From Mobula hypostoma (lineage: Eukaryota): a DNA stretch of 64,000 bases. Location: NCBI RefSeq assembly GCF_963921235.1, contig NC_086108.1, forward strand, positions 96,102,001-96,166,000, in the 5' to 3' direction. The stretch's first letter is position 1; each line of letters starts with the position of its first letter. Positions 51,401-63,224 of the stretch are shown here, in pieces. Both the position numbers and the translations under genes were made by a program. The notes under the pieces were generated by a model. That model was not told the origin of the DNA. It searched no databases and saw nothing but the letters and a program-made list of their open reading frames with translations.

Positions 51401-52123
51401 ACTTCATATTTATTTCATTATCTTTAGAAGAGCAATCTTTCTATGTGGATTTGAATTGTAAGTGTAAAGTAATAGTAGGGGAGGGATGAAATCTAAATGC
51501 TTTTTGACCTGGACATCAATCCCACCAGACTTGTGGTAAAGCTGCTTGTTAGATTGTTTGTATCTGGAAACAGAATGAGGGTGTTTGGGACAAAGGCAAT
51601 ATTTTTGGTATAAGTATATTATTGTTTAAATTATTTAAATTTTTAAAAAACTCTGGCCTAGGTTACCAGTGAAGAAGAAAGACTATTCAGTACATCAGTT
51701 CCCTTCCTTATTATGAGAAAGCTGTGTGCAGTCATGAGTCTTCTTGTTGCTTTTAAAGTAATCAAAGTTTTATGCAAAACTAATTTCTCCCCTTCATGCC
51801 CTTTATCCTACATATTAAATAGAACAGTGGGATGTCTAATCCATTCATTCAGTAGTTCCAATACTCAATACCATTTTGGGTGCCTTTCATACTGCTTTCC
51901 CCAACCTAATTGGATAGATAATTTTCAAGTATAAACTATTTTATTTGTCTCTCCATAGATGTGTAGGCCCAGGTGTTTCTTTCTATGCTGTACATCTCTG
52001 ACTCTGACTTAGTGTGATGCCATTCAGTTTATTTTCAACAAGATTTTTTATCCAGGTTTATTTTTAATGGAATAAATTCACATAATATCAATTAGATTTG
52101 TATCTCCTGTCCTTGCTCTAGAA

Positions 52124-52203
52124 CAGGGGTTCCCAACCTTTTTTATGCGTTGGTCCAATACTATTAAGGAAGGGGTTCATGAATCCCAAGTTAGGAACCT
52201 CTG
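52124..52203. mobile_element. 80-bp hAT (Charlie-type) MITE
   Basis: TIR CAGGGGTTCCCAACC / GTTAGGAACCTCTG; TSD CTCTAGAA / TTCTAGAA matches the Charlie NTCTAGAN target preference. Confidence 0.9.
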
Positions 52204-53050
52204 TTCTAGAATGAAGAGGATATTATAAGCAAGTTCCCTACCCAGCAGGAAATATCCAACAACATTATCTGAATTTAAGGCTGAATTAATCACCAGTGTT
52301 GAATCACAAAGTTATAGAATCTTTGGGCACCGAAGAAAATCATTTGACCTATCAATTCTGGACTTTTCTTTTGCAGTGGAACCTAGTAAGTCCTATTCTT
52401 TCCTGTTTTCATCTTCTACTATCCTTGCAAATTACTGTCTTTCAAGAAGACCATGGTTGTTTCTAGTTAATAAAAATATTTTTCCTCACATCTCCTCTTA
52501 AGTTTATTGCCCTTCATTTTAATTCTGTTTTCTCATCTTTAAACCATCTACTTTTGAGAAGAGTTTACTAAATTTAAATCTGAAAGAACCTTACACACCT
52601 CTATAAGATATGCTCTGTACTATCTTTGCTGCATGGAGGATGTTCAAGCTTTTTCTGCCGAGCCCTGCAGCTGAAATCACTCATTCCTAAAATCAGTCCA
52701 GTAAATAACATTTCTTATACCTGGAACTATTCTTGCCTTCCAATCTATTACTTGCACCAGTTAACATATGAAAGACCTGAATCTGGTTTGTCTTTCTTTT
52801 GTTCTCCTGTTCAACTTTTTCTTCACTGAATATTGCATTGATTCCTTGTATGGACCCTTATTTTTCAGCTATGACCTTCTGAAAGGTCTATACTGTGCTC
52901 TATTGTATGTTGTAAATCAGGAGGTTTGCTTTAAACTTGTGCTCTCTCTGCTAAAGAGATATATTTCTTATTACCTACCCCTCATAATTTTGTATACTTC
53001 AGTCAAGTTCCTCCTCCTTTTCTCTCTCCAAGGAAAACAAATCCAACCTA

Positions 53051-53377
53051 TTCTCTCTCTCTCTCTCTCTCTCCCTCTCCCTCTCCCTCTCCCTCTCCCT
53101 CTCCCTCTCCCTCTCCCTCTCCCTCTCCCTCTCCCTCTCCCTCTCCCTCTCCCTCTCCCTCTCCCTCTCCCTCTCCCTCTCCCTCTCCCTCTCCCTCTCC
53201 CTCTCCCTCTCCCTCTCCCTCTCCCTCTCCCTCTCCCTCTCCCTCTCCCTCTCCCTCTCCCTCTCCCTCTCCCTCTCCCTCTCCCTCTCCCTCTCCCTCT
53301 CCCTCTCCCTCTCCCTCTCCCTCTCCCTCTCCCTCTCCCTCTCCCTCTCCCTCTCCCTCTCCCTCTCCCTCTCCCTC
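53051..53377. repeat. (CT)n + (CTCTCC)n pure polypyrimidine microsatellite, ~51 hexamer units
   Basis: Directly visible; embedded in a decayed minus-strand CR1 3' region. Confidence 0.98.
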
Positions 53378-55063
53378 GTAGTTGAATCCCAGGCAACATA
53401 TGTATGAATCTCTTCTGCATTTAAAGATAAAGTAATATATGGGTTTTGCTGGGTCAAAGCTCTAAACTTGGATCATATAACCAAGCACAGAATCTCAGAA
53501 TTGCTTGGGCTTATTCTCCTTTTTTTTCACATATACACTAAAAATCATGAAAGTTTTTTTCTTTCCTTGCTGTGTGGAATATTCTAGCAATGCTGTGCAT
53601 TTATTGTATTTATCAACAGCTTGAAGTTATTCATTCAGTTTATGACCTGCAAAACAATCGGTGGTTGCTGGAGGCCTTGTCTGTGAGTTGGGGAAATGTT
53701 GGACATGTTTAAGAGCTTTCTCAGTTGTAAAACTGAGGTAATTTTCCAAGATGTGCAGGACAACAGATCACCACTGAAGAAAAATACCATTAATCAAAAA
53801 GTATAGGTAGTGTTTTTCAATCATGAGTGCTATGTCTCATTGCCATTTCAAATTTCAACCGTCTGGCACACTTAGTTGTTTAATTTGTGCCTTTTGGCTT
53901 GAAGGTGTTGTCAAGAAGGACAAAATACTAATATCAACTTATGTCATGAAATAAAACTCCTGTTCGTGTCTCTAAAAATACCCTGCCAACTTGGCAAATG
54001 AGCAGATTGCTGGGGAAAAAAATGGTTGTGATTAATGAATGTTCCATCCACATATGGATTTAACAAGTAGTTTGAAAGTTAACAATTTCATTTCTCTTTC
54101 TCTGAAAACAAAACACTCATTTCAGCTTATTTCGTCTTAGATGAATGGTTTCTATTGCAGTAAGTTTAATTCTTTGACATCAGATCTAGTGGGTGATAAA
54201 AGCACAGTGTAAAATGCATATTGCAATTTTAATTGTTGCAAAACAAAGAATATGAAGTTATTAACTTATTGTCAGTTCTCTCATTATATCTCGATTAAAT
54301 AGATACAGAAGTTGTAGGGGTAACTTTGACTTTAAGCACAGGGCACAGAAATGGAAATTTAATTTATAGTAATTGATTCCTTAGTTTTAATTACTTTTGG
54401 ATTTTGTTTTACTTTTGTAGAAATACAAATATTCAGATCCTAAGTTAGTGTTCAGTGTCTGGATAAACCCGTTCAGCTCATGCTGACAAATTTTGAATTG
54501 TAGTATTTCAGTACTAAGTAAGTTATTTGAATGTTTTGAAACTATTTCTTTAAATTTAAAGAACGCATTAAGTTTTCTAAGTGGCTCTTTAGAATTGGTG
54601 CCTTTAATCTGTAAAAATGTGTATTGATAACTTTATTGATCGTTGGACTTTAGTTACACTGTTCAAGGTAAGTTTATTATCAAAGTACAAATATGTCCCC
54701 ATATACTACATTGAAATTTGTTTTCTTGCAAGCATTTGCAGGAAAATAAAGAAATGCAATAGAATTTATGGAAAACTGAAAATAACGAAGACTGACAAAC
54801 AAACGATGTGCAAACTAAAACAAATCATGCAAATAATTAAAAGTTATTTTTACTCTTTGGGCCAGTGTATCACCTGCTTATTCTGTACAGCTATGTGAGC
54901 AGAAAGTCATGATTTATTCCAGTATTTTAACCTGTCAGGAAATGGACTAAGTCTGTTTCTAAGTCTTGCAAGTGGACCAGTTAGCTACTTACAATTAGAA
55001 ATGATCAAGTTTTTTGGAGTTATTTTTCCAGTAAGCTTTGATTTTATGTTTTATTATCTGCAG

Positions 55064-55284
55064 GTCCTTTGGCAAGAAATGATTGTGTACTTGCACCAGT
55101 TGATGAATCCCACCCAGTGAAGACATTGCTGGAGAGCTTTACTGTCTCATCAGGCTGTGCAAGTGGAGGAACTGCAGGTCTCCCTCAAGAGGTGCACATT
55201 ATCAACTTAAAAAGTACTGGAAAAGACCCCGACCATCAAGGAAAAGGAAAAAATGCAGAAACAGATGCCAACCATAAAGATAAG
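55064..55284 (+). CDS. TGFBR3: TGF-beta receptor type III (betaglycan), second coding exon (start of the orphan/endoglin-like domain)
   Basis: Acceptor TCTGCAG|GT in phase 1; GPLARNDCVLAPVDESHPVKTLLESFTVSSGCASGGTAGLPQEVHIINL versus human GPEPGALCELSPVSASHPVQALMESFTVLSGCASRGTTGLPQEVHVLNL (recalled). The 3' end is placed at the phase-0 AAG|GCAAGC site and is less certain. Confidence 0.93.
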
Positions 55285-56065
55285 GCAAGCCAAAGTATCG
55301 ACGATTTTACTGAGGGAGAAATGAAAAGTGTCCAGTCTAGCACTTTTTTCATTTAAGTTTCTACCCCAGCATCTGTTTATTCGATAGATGTATGAAGAAG
55401 GATGTGGTTGCTACTAGTCTATTGTTTCTGTTAAATGCCAGATAAGTTTCCTCTGCTTATCTCCTGCTGAATCTCTCAAGCCTTTTGATGCCTCTAGTTT
55501 TTAACTATTCTTTTTGACTCATCTTTTGCACCATACAAATTTGACAGTCCATGTGTTAAATCATTTCTAATTCCATTCATCATTATCTGTGCTCTAATTT
55601 AACTCCCATATTTGGCAATTTCAATATTTGGAAGTTCTCACCTTGTGCTTAACCTCCCATATTCTTATTCTTCTTTATCTGTGTAACTTCATAACAGCAA
55701 TATATACCTTCAAGTCTCTTGCATTCCTGCTACTTATCCTGGTTTTAATTTCATCAACATTACCAGCAGTACCTTCTTCCAGCTGTGGATTTTCCTGATC
55801 TTTTTCTGGCTCTGTTTCTTCTTCTAAAAAACACTTTAAAATCTACTCTTTCAAATTCGTCTTGGGCATTCATTTTGTTATCTCTGGGACTGGGTGTTTA
55901 TTTTTAACCATCACTGATGCAATGGGACATCATGTAGTGCTTATGCTCTAAGGAGCTATATAAATGCAGACACGAGGAAGTCTGCAGATGCTGAAAATTC
56001 ACACAATACACACAAAAAATGCTGGTGAACGCAGCAGGACAGGCAGCGTCTCTAGGAAGAGGTAC

Positions 56066-56101
56066 AGTCGGCGTTTCGGGCCGAGACCCTTCGTCAGGAC
56101 T
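56066..56101 (-). ncRNA. Minimal type I hammerhead ribozyme motif in the Penelope 3' UTR (cleavage triplet mutated to GCC)
   Basis: Minus strand reads AGUC-CUGACGA-A-GGG ucucgg CCC-GAAAC-GCC-GACU: catalytic core boxes, helix II and helix I (AGUC/GACU). Confidence 0.7.
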
Positions 56102-57004
56102 AACTGAAGGAAGAGGTAGTAAGAGATTTGAAAGTGGGAGGGGGAGATCTGAAATGATAGGAGAAGACAGGAGGGAGAGGGATGGAGCTAAGAGCTGGAA
56201 AGTTGATTGGCAAAAGGGATACGAGGCTGGAGAAGGGAGAGGATCATGGGACGGGAGGCCTAGGGAGAAAGAAAGGGGGAGGGGAGGTAGCCCAGAGGAT
56301 GGGCAAGGAGTTATAGTGAGAGACAGAGGGAGGAAAAAAGATATGAAAAAAAAGGGAAAAGGGAACAAACAAACAAACAAATAAATAAATAAATAAGGGA
56401 TGGGGTACGAAGAGGAGGTGGGGCATTAACGGAAGTTAGAGAAGTCAATGTTCATGCCATCAGGTTGGAGGCTACTCAGATGGAATATAAGGTGTTGCTC
56501 CTCCAACCTGAGTGTGGCTTCATCTTGACAGTAGAGGAGGCCGTGGATAGACATATCAGAATGGGAATGGGACATGGAATTAAAATGTGTGGCCACTGGG
56601 AGATCCTGCTTTCTCTGGCGGACAGAGCGTAGGTGTTCAGCGAAACGGTCTCCCAGCCTGCGTCGGGTCTTTCCAATATATAGAATGCTGCATCGGGAGC
56701 ACCGGACACAGTATATCACCCCAGCCGACTCACAGGTGAAGTGTCACCTCACCTGGAAGGATTGTCTGGAGCCCTGAATGGTGGTGAGGGAGGAAGTGTA
56801 AGGGAATGTGTAACACTTGTTTCGCTTACAAGGATAAGTGCCAGGAGGGAGATTGGTGGGAAGGGATGGGGCGAACGAATGGACGAGGGAGTCACATAGG
56901 GCAGGGGTCCCCAACCTTTTTTGCACCGCGGACCCGGTTTAATATTGACAATATTCTTGTGGACCGGGCGGGGGGGGGGGGCGAGTGCGGGTTGGGTGTT
57001 CAAA

Positions 57005-57678
57005 TAGTGTTAAACTCGCCTCAACATGTCTTTTGCAGTTAGGGTTGCCAACATTCTCACTCCCAAATAAGGGACAAAAGTAGCAGTCAAATTCTGATGA
57101 AGAGTCCCGGCCCGAAACGTCGACTGTATTTCTTCCTATAGATGCTGCCTGGCCTGCTGCGTTCATCAGCATTTTTTGTGTGTGTTGATGAAATACTTGT
57201 GTTTACTCCCAGAAAGACTACCATGACCATGAAGCCTTGCGCGGGCTCCTGTGTGCGCATGCGTGACGTCTGCATATATGACTTGCGCGTGCGCGTACGT
57301 GCCGATTATTTTTCCACAAATCGGTTTTGGCTTAATCTTCCCGACTGTACTGTACATACATTATTTCTGCTTTATATAGGCTGTGTTCTTATCATATCAT
57401 TCCTGCTTTTACTATATGTTAGAGTTATTTCAGGTTTTATGTGTTATTTGGTACGACTTGGTAGGTTATTTTTTGGGTCTGGGAACGCTCAAAAATTTTT
57501 CCCATATAAATTAATGGTAATTGCTTCTTCGCTTTACGCCACTTCGGCATGAAAGGTTTCATAGGAACGCTCTACCTTAGCAGGGGAAATACAGGACACG
57601 GGCGGTCCCGTATGGGACAAACCAATCTAGCCCAATATACGGGATGTCCCGGCAAATATGGGACAGTTGGCAACCCTA
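57005..57678. mobile_element. Inner TIR element (Blackjack-like hAT MITE)
   Basis: Perfect 13-bp inverted repeat TAGGGTTGCCAAC (57040-57052) / GTTGGCAACCCTA (57666-57678), subterminal GGGAC repeats; best 8-bp flanking match TGTTCAAA (56997-57004) / TGTTCAGG (57679-57686). Confidence 0.7.
57094..57126 (+). ncRNA. Hammerhead ribozyme core in a Penelope-derived fragment (57093-57190)
   Basis: CUGAUGA-A-GAG ucccgg CCC-GAAAC-GUC-GACUG: intact core and GUC triplet; one mismatch in helix II; native 5' helix I strand truncated. Confidence 0.65.
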
Positions 57679-57847
57679 TGTTCAGGTTCAACAGTATGTG
57701 ACAGGGGGGCGTCACGTGATGACGTGGGATTGAGACGTGTAAATCCAGCTGCCCCGTAAAAAATCAGCAAAGTACCGGTTAAGCAAAACAAAGTTAATAA
57801 ATACTTTCCAAAAACTATTTATAAACTTTGCAAGACTACTTTACGAT

Positions 57848-58995
57848 ATGCCTCGTAAACCGCAACAGAAGAAGTCTTGTTGTTGCGAAGCCGCCGCAAG
57901 ATGGGAAGAAAAAAGGGCCTACTGCAACGATGGAGCCTTGGACTCAGGTTGGATCTCCTTCGGAGGAGATGCATTCTATCTCCGGCGTAGAACAGGGAGC
58001 AATGGCGGCGGTAGCGGTCTCTCGGAAGAAGATGCCGGAAATGCGCATGCGCAAAGAAGAGCACATGCGCAAATCGACACAACTCAAACTACAAGAACCA
58101 ACAGCCACTGCAACTGAAAGTGACTCAGAGTCAGAATTGGATTCCGCAGAGAATACAGATGAAGAGGAAGAGGAAGAACTGGAAGAGATTGGAAGTAAAA
58201 GAGATGATGGAGACATAAAAGAGGCTTTATTGCAATTAGCGGCTGAACTAAGAAAAGTAAGAGAAGAGCTTAGAGATATGAAGATGTGCTATAATAAAGC
58301 TATGAAAAGACAGGATAAAATGGATAAGAAACTTCAGAAGATGGAAAGAGCAATGGGGCATATGAATGATAGAGTGGAAAAAACAGAAAATGATCTGCTT
58401 GTCTGGAACTCGGAAAGAAATCGACTTTTGGAGAAAGTGGACATGTTGGAAAATTTCAGTAGATGTAATAATATCAAAATTGTTGGTCTTAAAGAAGGTA
58501 TGGAGGGAGAAAATCCAGTAGAATTTTTTCAAAGATGGATCCTGGAAGTTTTGCAAATGAAAGAGGAGGTTCGATCAATTGAAATTGAGTGGGCACATAG
58601 AGCTCTAAGACCAAAACCACAAGATGACCAATATCCACGATCGATTTTAATAAAATTCTTAAGATTTCAAGACAAGAAAAGGATTCTACAGGCAGCTGCC
58701 CAAGCTGCCAAGAATAGAAAAGGGCCATTGATGATTCAAGGGAACAAAGTTTTTTTTCTACCCTGACATAAGTTATGAACTTTTGAAGAGAAGGAAGAAA
58801 TTTAATCCAGTGAAAAAAATCCTATGGGATCAAGGTTATCAATTTATATTGCGTTATCCTGCAACCTTGAAGATTTTTTTGCCTGGTGGAGAAAAAAGAT
58901 TTTTTGATGACTACCAGAAAGCGGAGCAGTTTGTGCGAGATTCTCTAAATATTCACCAGGTACAAGAACAAATCCAGGGGAGCGAGATAGATTGA
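57848..58995 (+). pseudogene. L1 ORF1p (coiled coil plus RRM/CTD), two apparent frameshifts
   Basis: MPRKPQQKK start, acidic tract, coiled coil, LENFSRCNNIKIVGLKEG, IEWAHR, PRSILIKF, then LRYPATLKI; frameshifts near 57877 and ~58757. Confidence 0.88.
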
Positions 58996-59130
58996 AGGTG
59001 AAGACTGGGTTAAGAATGGACTTGTTGGATTTTTGGGCGGATGAATATATAAATATATTATTAATTATATGAGGGGGGAAGAAAGATTAAAATTTGAAGA
59101 ATACTAGTTGGGAATAGTAACATTAATTTT

Positions 59131-59177
<47 letters not shown>

Positions 59178-59447
59178 TTTGTTGCGGGGGAGCTGGAAGA
59201 AGCACTGACCAATTGCTACACAAAATGGAGGGTGGTAGTGTTGTGTATCTTTTCATTCACAACATTAGTGGGGGGATATTTTGTTTTTTCTTTTTTTGTA
59301 TCTTTTCTATCTTTTTTTTTCTTTTTGCCTGGAGGGTTGGGAGGGGAACACATAGCAACATGGTGAAGTTCAAAGAGATTCCCCAAGGAACTATGAGAGT
59401 TGAGAAGATAAGTAATGTTTTAGATTGGAGTAACTTTGTTAAGAATA

Positions 59448-62400
59448 ATGACTAATTTATTGAATTTTTTGAGTTTTAATGTTAATGGGCTTAATGGACC
59501 AGTGAAAAGAAAAAGAATCTTAACACATATTAAGAAAATGAAGATAGATTTAGCCTTATTACAGGAAACGCATTTAACAGAAACAGAACATCAGAAACTA
59601 AAGAGAGATTGGGTGGGTAGTGTTGTTGCGGCTTCATTTAATTCAAAAGCGAGGGGAGTAGCAATTTTGATCAATAAAACGTTACCAATTAGAATACAAA
59701 ATGTAATAACCGATTCTGCGGGGAGATATGTGATTATACATTGTCAACTTTTCTCTGAATTATGGACATTTATGAATATTTATGCACCAAATGAAAATGA
59801 TGCAAAATTCATACAAGAAGCTTTTTTGAATTTGGTGGACGCACATGAAAAAATATTGATTGGAGGAGACTTTAACTTTTGCTTGGACCCAATCTTAGAT
59901 AGATCAACTAAGGCTGTTATAAAATCGAAGGTAGTAAATCTAACTTTATCATTGATGAAAGATTTAAATTTGATTGATATATGGAGAAGAATCAATCCTA
60001 AAGAAAGAGACTATTCGTTCTATTCTCATAGACATAAAACTTACTCAAGGATAGATTTTTTCTTATTATCAATGCATATTCAACACAGAGTGAAAAATGT
60101 GGAATATAAAGCAAGAATATTGTCAGATCATTCTCCTTTATTAATGACAATAATAATGACTGATAAGGAAGAAGTGGCTTATAGATGGAGATTTAATTCA
60201 ACATTATTAAAATGTCAAGATTTTTGTGATTTTATGAAAAAGCAGATCCAATTTTTTTTGGATACAAATTTTCATTCAGTGGATGATAAATTTATATTAT
60301 GGGATGCGATGAAAGCATATCTGAGGGGCCAGATAATAAGTTATACGTCTAAAATTAAGAAAGAATATATGGCAGAACTAGATCAATTGGAAAAAGAGAT
60401 TACAAAATTAGAAAAAGAATCTCAAAGATATATGTCGGAAGAAAAACGAAGGCAATTTGTCAATAAGAAGTTACAATATAATACGCTTCAGACATATAGA
60501 ATGGAAAAAGCAATTATAAGAACTAAGCAAAGGTATTATGAGTTAGGGGTGAGAGCACATAAAATTCTTGCCTGGCAGTTGAAAACAGAACAAGCTTCCA
60601 AAACAATAAATGCAATTAGAACAAGTGCAAATAAAATATCTTATAAACCTCTTGAAATAAATGAAACTTTTTAAAGTTTCTATTCTGAATTATATCAATC
60701 AGAATCACAAAATGATGTTAGTGAGATAGAAAGGTTTTTATCACAAGTAACTCTTCCAAAATTGAACTCGGAAGAACAGAAGGGATTAGATATGCCTTTC
60801 ACTTTAAAAGAAGTTGAAGAAGCTTTAGGATCACTTCAAAGTAATAAATCTCCAGGAGAAGATGGTTTTCCACCTGAATTTTATAAAAAGTTTAAAGATT
60901 TATTATTTCCTCTTTTTATGGAGTTAATGCATCAAACAGAAAAAACAGATAAACTCCCAGAATCTTTTTCAACAGTGATTGTAATAGTATTGCCAAAAAA
61001 AGACAGAGACCCTATGAAACCAACATCATACAGGCCTATTTCTTTATTGAATACTGATTATAAAATAATAGCAAAAATTTTATCGAATAGATTATCTAAA
61101 TACTTACCAAAATTAATACATATGGATCAAACAGGATTTATTAAAAATAGACAATTGGCAGATAATGTAACTCGGCTACTCAGTATAATTCATTTGGCAC
61201 AAAAAAGGGACGAGAAGAGTATAGTAGTAGCCTTGGATGCAGAAAAAGCATTTGATAGATTAGAATGGGATTTTTTATTTAAAGTATTAGAAAAATATGG
61301 GTTAGGAACATCTTTTATAAATTGGATTAAAATTTTAAATTCTAACCCTAAGGCTAAAGTAGTGACAAACTCTCAAATTTCAACACCATTTCAGTTAAAA
61401 AGGTCAACTAGACAAGGTTGTCCATTATCACCTGCTTTATTTGTACTGGCGATAGAGCCATTAGCAGAACTAATCAGAACTGATCCAGATATTATGGGTT
61501 TTAGAATTAATCAGGAGGAATATAAAATTAATCTTTTTGCCGATGATGTTTTGATTTACTTAACAAACCCACAACATTCGTTACATAAATTATCTTCCAG
61601 ATTGGATGAATCTGGGAAGGTATCAGGTTATAAAATAAATCGGGATAAAAGTGAAATTTTACCTCTTACTAAAGGAGACTATAGTCAATGCCGGTTAGCA
61701 ACCCAATTTAGATGGCCGGTAAATGGTATAAAGTATTTAGGTATAAGACTTGATAATGATGTAAAGAATTTATATAAATTTAATTATTTACCACTATTGA
61801 AAAAAATTCAAGAAGATTTTGACAAATGGATGATACTACCAATAACATTAGTAGGTAGAGTCAATGTTGTAAAAATGAACATTTTTCCTAGATTACAGTA
61901 TTTGTTTCAAACATTACCAATACAATTGCCACAGAAATTTTCTCAAGAGTTAAATAAATGTGTGAGAAAATTTCTTTGGAAAGGTAAAATGCCAAGAATA
62001 TCATTGGAAAAATTGACATGTAAATTTGAGTTAGGAGGGTTACAACTTCCAAACTTTAAGAATTATTATAAAGCAAATCAACTTAGATTTATTGCATCTT
62101 TCTTCGATGACCGAAAACCAACATGGATTAAAATAGAATTAGACAAGATAGGAGAAAATAGACCTGAAGATTTTATATATAAATGGGAATCTAAATGGAT
62201 ACGGGAAAAGAAAGAATCTCCTATATTAATACATTTGATTGATCTATGGAATAAGATAAATGTTGATAATGAAATACAGAAATCTTTATTAGCGAGGAGA
62301 CCGTTGTTCCAAAACAGACTTATTCCTTTTATAATGGACAATCAACTTTTATATAATTGGTACCAAAAAGGGATTAAATTTATAGGAGATTGTTATGAGC

Positions 62401-63224
62401 GAGGTATATTGATGACATTTGAACAACTAAAGGATAAATATAAAATATCAAATAACACTTTCTTTTGTTACTTTCAATTAAGGGCTTACTTAAAAGGTAA
62501 GCTGGGTCAAACAATGTTTTTGCCAAAACCTAATGAAATTGAAACTTTAATTCAAAAAGGGAAAATTAAAAAAATTATTTCTTGTATGTATAATTTGATT
62601 CAAAAACAGACAATTAAACAAGGAATCCGTTAGTCAAAACAAAAATGGGAAACAGATCTGAATATTAATATTGATGAAACAAATTGGTCAAGACTTTGTC
62701 TTGACAGTATGACAAACACAATAAATGTTCGACTTAGATTAGTACAATATAATTTTTTACACCAATTATATATTACACCACAAAAAATAAATAGATTAAA
62801 TTCAAATCTATCCGATAAATGTTTTCGGTGTAATCAAGAAATTGGTACTTTCTTATATTCTACTTGGTCTTGTTTTAAAATTCAACCCTTTTGGATAAAT
62901 TTAAGAGTCTTATTGGAACAAATTACTGGAACTCAACTTGCACATAACCCTGTATTATTTCTATTAGGTGATATTGAAGGGATAAAGCCGAAACTTAAAT
63001 TGAATAAATATCAGAAAAAATTTATAAAAATTGCATTGGCAGTAGCTAAGAAGACTTTAGCAGTTACTTGGAAATCTGATTCGTATTTAGGTATGAATCG
63101 TTGGAATAATGAAATGGCTAGTTCTATTCCACTTGAAAAAATTACTTATAATTTAAGAGATAAATATGTAACATTTTTGAATACTTGGCGCCCTTATTTA
63201 CAAAAGATAGGATGGCATATTTAA
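59448..63224 (+). pseudogene. L1 ORF2p (APE endonuclease, RT, C-terminal Cys-rich domain); single frame, two in-frame stops
   Basis: SFNVNGLN, LQETH, GGDFN, SRID, SDH; YRPISLLNTDYKI, LDAEKAFD, RQGCPLSP, FADD; CFRC..FLYSTWSC. The three ORF-track pieces share one frame, separated by TAA 60672-60674 and TAG 62631-62633 (1259 codons in total). Confidence 0.95.

Noticed and set aside
52768..53457. ORFs encoding poly-LP, poly-GR and poly-ER
   Set aside because: Stop-free translations of the (CTCTCC)n microsatellite; no splice or homology support.
55069..55356. 95-aa standalone ORF
   Set aside because: It is TGFBR3 exon 3 read from a TTG and running into the intron; not an independent gene.
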